A model generated the notes under the pieces. That model was not told the DNA's origin and did not search any database. It was given only the letters and a program-made list of their open reading frames with translations. Below, one piece after another: positions 55,801 to 64,000 of a stretch of 64,000 nt of DNA (the first letter of the stretch is position 1; each line of letters starts with the position of its first letter). The DNA is taken from contig OZ024748.1 in assembly GCA_964016885.1 (NCBI GenBank), forward strand, positions 53,692,001 through 53,756,000, in the 5' to 3' direction. Made by a program: the position numbers and the translations under genes. This stretch comes from Eledone cirrhosa (Eukaryota).

Positions 55801-56451
55801 TACCAAACCAGCCAAAACCCTCTTTGGTTCTATGAAACAATACCACCCATTTTAATGTGTTCTTATTTAGATTAAAATCTTCTGACAATTTTTATATAAG
55901 AACCATATGTTACTCTCTTTGTAGGGAATTAATTAATAATTTTAGTAAATCTGTCAAAATTCTTCATTAACAAATTGAAACGTGTATTTCATTAGAAATA
56001 CTGTTATGAAAGAATTAATGTTATCTTATCTCAGTTTGGCTCATCTTGATTCACCTTGATTTGACTCATCTTAGCTTGCTTCAAATTGAGTCAGCTTGGC
56101 TCACATTGACTAAACCTGTTTTGGGTTTGCTTGACTCATCTTGACTCAGTTTAAGTTTGTGTAGCTTTACTTGGTTCAACATTCCTCAGTATTTTATGGT
56201 TCAGCTTCAGTTGACTCATTTTAACTTGGCTCAAATTTATTCAGCTTGGCTCAGTTTGTTTGTGTAGCTTTACTTGATTCAACCTTCCTCAATATTTTAT
56301 GGCTCGGCTTCAGTTGACTCATTTTAGCTTGACTCAAATTGATTCAGCTTGGCTCAGTTTAATTTGGTGTAGCTTTACTTGGTTCAACATTGCTCAGCAT
56401 TGCTTGGTTCAGCCTGATTTAATATATTTTAAACTTGATATAGGAAATGCT

Positions 56452-56622
56452 TACCATATTTCCCGGTGCCAAAGATGCTTTGTCCTCGAGGACACACCCT
56501 AATTTTGACAACCAAAAATTTGAAAAAAAATAATAAACTACCTTTGGTCTCCTGGGTGCATGGTAGATTTTTATACTTATTTGAGGAAAAGAGAAGCCTC
56601 TTCGATGCCGAGAAATACGGTA
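56452..56622. mobile_element. Tc2/pogo-type MITE copy
   Basis: ta-ccatatttcccggtgcc and gatgccgagaaatacgg-ta. Confidence 0.75.
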
Positions 56623-56851
56623 TGTTCCAATTGAATTGAGATAGTTTGAAATAAATGACCTCATTTGTAAAAGTTAAGTTAATGAAGCAAGCTCTCTGTA
56701 TCGTTGCTTTACCTAATAGAAATAGCAGTCACATCTCCCTCAAATCACATCCATACATATGATGGATTTTCTTGTCAATTTCACATTGTTTGATCAACAA
56801 AACTACTAACTCATTGTACTACAGTGTCTAACTCTTGTTAGCAAGGAAAAC

Positions 56852-57728
56852 GTGATGGTGGTGTTGGTGGTTGTGGTGGCTGTGATGGTGGTGATTGTGG
56901 TGGTGGTGGTGGCGGTGGTGATTGTGATGGTTGTGATGGTGGTGGTTGTGGTGGTTGTGATGGTTGTGGTGGTGGTGGTGGTGGTGGTGGCTGTGGTGGT
57001 TGTGGTGGTTGTGATGGTAGTGATGGCGTTTGTGGTGGTTGTGGTGGCTGTGGAGGTTGTGGTAGCTGTGATGGTTGCGGTGGTGGTTGTGATGGTTGTG
57101 ATGGTGGTGATGGTTGTGGTTGTAATGGTTGTGATGGTGTGATGGTGGTAGTGATAGTTGTGATGGTGGTAGTGATAGTTGTGATGGTAGTGATGGTAGT
57201 TGTTATTGTTGTGATTTTGGTGGTGGTAGTGGTGGTGGTATTGATGGTAGTTGTGATGGTTATGATGGCTGTGATGGCTGTGATAATTGTGGTGGTTGTG
57301 GTGGTTGTGGTGGTGGTGAATGTGATGGTTGCGGTGGTTGTGATGGTGGTGATGGTTGTGGTTGTAATGGTTGTGATGGTGTGATGGTGGTAGTGATAGT
57401 TGTGATGGTAGTGATGGTAGTTGTTATTGTTGTGATTTTGGTGGTGGTAGTGGTGGTGGTATTGATGGTAGTTGTGATGGTTGTGATGGCTGTGATGGCT
57501 GTGATAATTGTGGTAGCTGTGATGGTTGTGGTGGCTGTGATGGCTGGGGTGGTTGTGATGGTTGTGCTGGCTGTTGTGGTGGTTGTGGTGGTTGTTGTAG
57601 TTGTGGTGGTAGTTATGATGGTTGTGGTGATTGTGGTGGTGGATGTTATAGCTGTGGTGGTTATGATGGTTGTGGTGATTGTGGTGGTGGTTGTGGTGGT
57701 GGTGGTGGTTGTGGCAGTTGTGGTGTTG
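56852..57728. repeat. (GGT/GAT/TGT)n triplet tract with an internal block duplication
   Basis: Direct reading; 57139 and 57381 begin similar blocks. Confidence 0.9.
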
Positions 57729-58411
57729 GAGAGGGACAGCGACAGGACAGTGGACAAGGCTGGAGAGATATTTCGATGTGTAAAAATGTCAATAAGAGAA
57801 AAAGGACTCTGGTAGGAATGTACATATTGGAAGAGGGCATTGGGGGTGGAGGGGGAGACAGCAGAAGGAGATGGGGGCGAGGGGGAGGGGGGTTAGAGAG
57901 CAGAGGGGGAGTGAAAGAGGGGTGGAGGGATGGGAGGAAGAAGGAAAAGAAAGGCAGTGGGAAAAGACATTAATACATAAGAAAAGTAAAGTAGTGGGAG
58001 GTAAGATGAAGAACAGCAAGAAAGAGTGAAAGAGTGAGAGAGAGAGAGAGAGAGAGAGAAAGAAAGAGAGTGTGAGAGAGAGAGAGCAGGAGAGAAAGGG
58101 GAAATAAATTGTTTGAGAGAAAAAGTAAGAAAGGGAGAAGATAGAGAGAATAATATATAAATTATTGGATAGGAGGAGATAAAAATGGAGAGATAGAGAT
58201 AATATGGGAGAGAGAAAGGGTGAAGATATATAGATAGATAATGAGTGAGAGGGAGAGGGGGGAGAAGAAATTGTTGAAAGTGTGAAAAGAGGATAAATGA
58301 GGAGAGAGAGAGAGAGAGGGAGGGGGGAGAATCAGAGCTAATGAAAAGGACAAGAAAAGAAGAGAATATGGAATGCAGCAAGAAATAACAACCATTATAT
58401 ATATATATATA

Positions 58412-58470
<59 letters not shown>

Positions 58471-58478
58471 GGTTGTGA

Positions 58479-58658
58479 ATTGGCAGTATCGGGAGGGTTG
58501 GACGCCATGCTTTCTAGTATAGTTACGGCCCTTTACAGTCTGAGTTCAAATCCCGCCGAGGTTAACTTTGCCTTTCATCCTTACGGGGTCGATAAAATAA
58601 AGTACCAGTAATATATACTGGGATAATTGCTGGCCTTGTGCCAAAAGTAGAAACAATT
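58479..58658 (+). mobile_element. Type A SINE
   Basis: B-box and central block. Confidence 0.85.
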
Positions 58659-58772
58659 ATATATATATATTTATATATATATATACACATATATATAAAA
58701 TACAGACTGTGAGGTAGATATTTCCTGCCAAGACAGTTAACTTGTCCTTCTATGTATATATATATACACATA

Positions 58773-58844
<72 letters not shown>

Positions 58845-58902
58845 AGTCCTACCCATGCTAGCGTGGAAGATGGACGTTAAATAATAATAATGATGATGAT
58901 GA

Positions 58903-58938
<36 letters not shown>

Positions 58939-59217
58939 CATATGCAAGTATGGATAAACATGCAAAAACGGTGATGATTGTGGTGATGATTGGTGGTGGA
59001 TGTTATAGCTGTGGTGGTGGTTGTGGTGGTGGTTGTGGTTGTGGTGGTTGTGGTGGTGGTTGTGGTAGTTGTGGTGGTGGTGGTGGAGAGGGACAGTGAC
59101 AGGACAGTGGACAAGGCTGGAGAGATATTTCGATGTGTAAAAATGTCAATAAGAGAAAAAGGGCTCTGGTAGGAATGTACATACATACATATATATGTAT
59201 ATATGTATGTATGTACT

Positions 59218-59322
<105 letters not shown>

Positions 59323-59799
59323 CACTGATCACTTTCCTCTCTTAACAACTATTCATAGTGATGGTGGTGGTAGCAGTTGTGTTGCTTATGATAGTGGTGG
59401 TTACTGTGATGATGTTTATACTGGCAGTGGTGGTGGTGGTGGTGGTGGTGGTGGTAGTAGTAGTAGTGGTGGTAGTAGTAGTAGTGGTGGTTGTGACTAT
59501 GACAGTGGTGATTATAATGATGGTGTTTGCAGTGGTGGTGGGAGTGCCAGTTGCAGTTGTTGGTAGTGGTGGTGATAATGTTGGTGCTGGTGGTGATGCT
59601 TGTGGTGGTGGTGGTGGTGGGAATGCTAGTGGTGGTGGTTGTGGTGGTTGTGGTGATGCTAGTGTTTGTGATGGTAGTGCTGCTATTACCTGCTGGTGAT
59701 GCCGGTGGTGATGGTGCTGCTGTTGGTGGTGGTGGTGGTGGTGGTGATGGTGATGGTGCTGGTGGTGCTGCTTGTGGTGGTGGTGGTGTAGGTTTTGGT

Positions 59800-60120
59800 G
59801 TATCGAAGCATGGCGTAAATATGCAAATGTGAATCTACCTCAATTTACAGGTTTTACAGCATGGCTATGAATAATAAATTAATCACACCTACAGAGGCAT
59901 CTACTGAGGTGTGGGGTGTAGAGTGATGGAGGCTCGGGGGTTTGGTCAGCTTTTATCTAGCCGTGGAAACGCAACCAAGGATTTACTGGCAGACATGCAA
60001 TTTCACCTACACCGCCATCTTAGCGCCATCTTTGGTGCTGTTCTTTGCTGCGATTCACTGCAAAGGCAGAGCAACTAACTAGCAAGCCAAAACAGATATG
60101 CCTTGGTCACATCTTACTAA
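59800..60120. promoter_or_regulatory. Candidate cis-regulatory island
   Basis: Unique CpG-retaining sequence with octamer ATGCAAAT (59821) and two YY1-type CGCCATCTT motifs (60013, 60024). Confidence 0.35.
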
Positions 60121-60364
60121 ACAGATTTTTAATGATCTTTCGCAAGGACAACTGCTGTGTGTGTTATTGTGGTTCCATGTATGTGTTTGCATATGTATAT
60201 GCATAATTGTTTATATATATATATATATATATGTAGAAGTTATATTTAAATTGTTGGGATACAACAAGCAAATACTTTTATAACTGATATAAAGCACTCA
60301 GCAAATTATTGGAGTAATAATACGATATATTAACAAATAGAAACTATATTTATAAAACCATATT

Positions 60365-60429
60365 TATTTCATTATACATATTTCAAGGACACCAAGTTAA
60401 ATTATGGTGTGCTTTCATCAGATAAAATA
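60365..60429 (-). ncRNA. Type I hammerhead ribozyme motif (intact core)
   Basis: Minus strand: tattttat CTGATGA aagcacacca-taatttaact-tggtgtcctt GAAAT atgt ATA atgaaata. Confidence 0.85.
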
Positions 60430-61385
60430 TAATATAGAGCAGTTTTATAAATAAATATTGACATACCCTTAAAGAATGCGACCATTTTTTAATGCACACC
60501 ATAATTTAACTTGGTGTCCCTGAAATATGTATAATGAAATAAATATGGTTTTATAAATATAGTTTCCATTTGTTAATATATCGTATATATATATATATAT
60601 GTATATATAAATATACAAACTCACATACATACACATATGATACATACATATATATATATACACATACACATATACATAAATATATACCTATACACATATA
60701 TATGTAATTATACATTCATACATACATCATCACAGTTTAATATCTATTTAAACAGTGATGATGATGATGATGATGAAGTATGTATATATATTTAATTACA
60801 TATATATTTATACAAATACACACACACACACGTGTTTGGTGGTTGTGTATATTGGTAATAAATGTGAAGGTGTGTGTTTGTGTAATTGTGTACATACATT
60901 TACTCAGATTCAAACACATGCCAATGTATATAGAGACATGTACGAATTCCGTTGAAAAAGTATCAGACCTTAGTCTGGGTAAATGAATTACATACTTAGT
61001 GGGGTTCAGTTGTTAAACCCCTTAAAAGTAAGGCCCTTAAACCCCAACAAACTTAGCCCAGTATGTAACTAGGAGCTGTTCAATTGGCCTCAGTGAAATA
61101 AAATGCAAAGTCAACAGTTTGCCAGGATTTTAACTGAGGACCTACAGTAAGGAACAACCTGCAAATTGGTACAAGGCCACAAAATACAAAAAAACAGGAT
61201 CACTTTGAGTACTTGTATTTATTTGATTGACCCCAGATAAACTAAGTAGATCATCTTCATCATCATCATCATCAAATGCTCGTTTTCCTTCCTAACAAGG
61301 GTTAGACAACACACACATATATATAATTATATATATATACGTTTGTGTGTGTATATACATACATACACACACACATATATATAAT

Positions 61386-61418
<33 letters not shown>

Positions 61419-61512
61419 TTGTATGTATGTATATATATATATATATATATATTTATGTATATGTATATATATGTGTATGTATATGTATATATATATAATT
61501 ATATATATATAT

Positions 61513-61703
61513 AGGGCGGTGGATTGGCAGTATCGGTAGAGAGTCGGACACCATGCTTTGAAGTATAGAGTTACGTCCCTTTATGATCTGAGTTCAAATC
61601 CCGCCGAGGTTAACTTTGCCTTTCATCCTTACGGGGTCGATTAAATAAAGTACCAGTAATGTACTGGATAATTGCTGGCCTTGTGCCTAAAGTAGAAACA
61701 ATT
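61513..61703 (+). mobile_element. Type A SINE, apparently full length
   Basis: gggcggtggattggcagtatcggtagag head, B-box, central block and aattat tail. Confidence 0.85.
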
Positions 61704-63094
61704 ATATATATATATGTGTGTGTGTGTGTCTATGTATATATATATGTATAATTCATTGTATATAGGTCTGTTTTTCTCTGGTAACAAGGGTTGGCCTATA
61801 TATATATATATATATATCATTTAACATCTATTTTCCCTGCTAGCAAGGAGTTGAATGTAATGTCACAGACCAAGTCAGTACTCAAGTGGGGCCACTAACT
61901 GCTAAATGGGCTGGGGGCATACACATGCATGCCGTTTATATATGTTCTAGTACTCTGGTCTACTTTTGATCATGGGTCTTCATGAACAGCGCTGTCCTTG
62001 GGCTAAACATCTACTACTGCTATTACTACTGTCACTTTTACGATCACCATCATTGCAAATATTCCCAAGAGAAAGATGTATTGGATAATGTAGTCCTTGA
62101 CAAGCCAAACGAAATAAGAAAGACATGGCAGGAACATGTTTTATCATAGGTCTGTTCAGTCAGTTTGAGATCACCTTAACTTGTTGTTTAACCCAAAATC
62201 AACTCTGGTTAAATAATTGAATGATCAAAGGCATTCTTGTCATGACCACGCAGTCTTTTATGCATACATAGTCTATCAGGGTTGCATTGTCCAGAGTTTC
62301 TCCTACAGCCACCACTCCCAGCAAACCATCACCATATCCACTACCACCACCAATGCCACCATAACCATTACTACCACCACCACCACTACCATATCCACAA
62401 GCAACACGATAGCCACCACTGCCACCACAACCAACACCATAACGACCACCACTACCATAACCATCACTGCCTCCATAACCACTACAATCACCCCCACAAC
62501 CAACACCATAACGACCACCACCACCACAACCAACACCATAACCACCACAACCAACACCATAACCACTACCACCTCCACCACCACCACCATTGGAAGGGCT
62601 CCACATTCTTCTGTGATTCTTAAGGAAGTAAAAAGAAAACCATGAAAATCAACAATATAATAAGAAATATAAAAAAAAATAACAAACAAAAATAAAAACA
62701 ACAGAGACAGAAGGGAAGAGAGAGAGGGGGAGAAATAAGAGAGTGAGAGTGAGAGTGGACATTGAAGTATAGAAGGAAGAGGAGAGGATGAAGGAAAGAG
62801 AGCGAGAGGAAGAGAAAGAAAGAGAGGCAAAGAGAAAGAGAGAGAAGGAAAAAAGAGGGAGAGAAAGAGAATGTAAGGTAGTAGGGAGCAGTGATGAGAG
62901 GAGAGTAAGTGGAAGGAAAAGGGTAAGAGGTAGAGAGAGAGGGGGAAGAGTGATAAGAGGAGTAGAAAGAGAGGAAGAAGTAATAAGAGGGGGTGGGGAA
63001 GGTGAAAGGACAGCTGGAATGTGTTGATTGGAATAGAATACAATAGAAGAGACATTTAGAGGAGAGACTGAGACAGACAGACAGACATGGCAGG

Positions 63095-63850
63095 GTATGG
63101 TGGTGTTGTGGTGGTGTTGTAGCAGTGTATGGTGGTGTTATGGCAGTGTACGGTGGTGTTGTGGCAGTGGTGTTGTGGCAGTGCACAGTGGTGTTGTGGC
63201 AGTGTATGGTGATGTTGTGGCAGTGTTGTGGTGGTGTTGTAGCAGTGTATGGTGGTGTTATGGCAGTGTACGGTGGTGTTGTGGCAGTGGTGTTGTGGCA
63301 GTGTATGGTGATGTTGTGGCAGTGTTGTGGTGGTGTTGTAGCAGTGTATGGTGGTGTTATGGCAGTGTACGGTGGTGTTGTGGCAGTGGTGTTGTGGCAG
63401 TGTACAGTGGTGTTGTGGCAGTGTATGGTGGTGTTGTGGCAGTGTATGGTGGTGTTGTGGCAGTGTATGGTGGTGTTGTAGCAGTGTATGGTGGTGTTAT
63501 GGCAGTGTACGGTGGTGTTGTGGCAGTGTGTGGTGGTGTTGTGGCAGTGTACAGTGGTGTTGTAGCAGTGTATGGTGGTGTTGTGGCAGTGTATGGTGGT
63601 GTTATGGCAGTGTACGGTGGTGTTGTGGCAGTTGTGTTGTGGCAGTGTACAGTGGTGTTGTAGCAGTGTATGGTGGTGTTGTGGCAGTGTGCGGTGGTGT
63701 TGTGGCAGTGTACAGTGGTGTTGTGGCAGTGTACAGTGGTGTTGTGGCAGTGTATGGGGGTGTTGTAGCAGTGTATGGTGGTGTTGTGGCAGTGTACGGT
63801 GGTGTTGTAAGGTGGTGTTGTGGCAGTGTATGGTGGTGTAATATGGTGTA
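63095..63850. repeat. 21-bp minisatellite
   Basis: Unit gtggcagtgtatggtggtgtt. Confidence 0.93.
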
Positions 63851-64000
63851 GCAACAGTGTGAGGTGGTGTAGACACAAGAGGTTATAAAGGAGAGACAGG
63901 GGGACATAGAAGTGTTAGGCAGTGTAAGAAACAGGACAAGAAAATTACAAAAAGCAAGAAACAACATAAGAAGGCATGTACTTATATATATATATATATA

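Noticed and set aside
61513-61610. tRNA gene
   Set aside because: The B-box belongs to a multi-copy SINE head and no full cloverleaf is evident
62282-63878. Gly/Tyr-, His- and TATTPPY-repeat ORFs
   Set aside because: Triplet and 21-bp repeats open in multiple frames; no supporting exon signals

Overview
Repeat-saturated, AT-rich animal genomic DNA with no convincing host protein-coding exon. The (TA)n/(CA)n microsatellite load and the tRNA-derived SINE families suggest an octopus/coleoid cephalopod genome (inference). Nearly all long ORFs in the track are translations of simple repeats. Recognisable content: RTE, CR1-like and CRE-like LINE remnants; three SINE types; Tc1/mariner-, Tc2-, Tigger- and piggyBac-type MITEs; several minisatellites. 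The main result, from folding by eye, is a set of short non-coding elements in or beside (TA)n tracts that carry type I hammerhead ribozyme motifs. Six have an intact core (12484-, 17417-, 18755-, 24432+, 48291-, 60365-) and several more are decayed. Unrelated copies keep the same pairing, including a recurrent C-C mismatch in stem II. They share a downstream ACTC...GAGTRCT motif, and many are fold-back palindromes whose inversion point lies inside the ribozyme. This looks like a diverse population of Penelope-like pseudo-LTR or retrozyme-type non-autonomous retroelements. Repeat boundaries are approximate and nothing was checked computationally.
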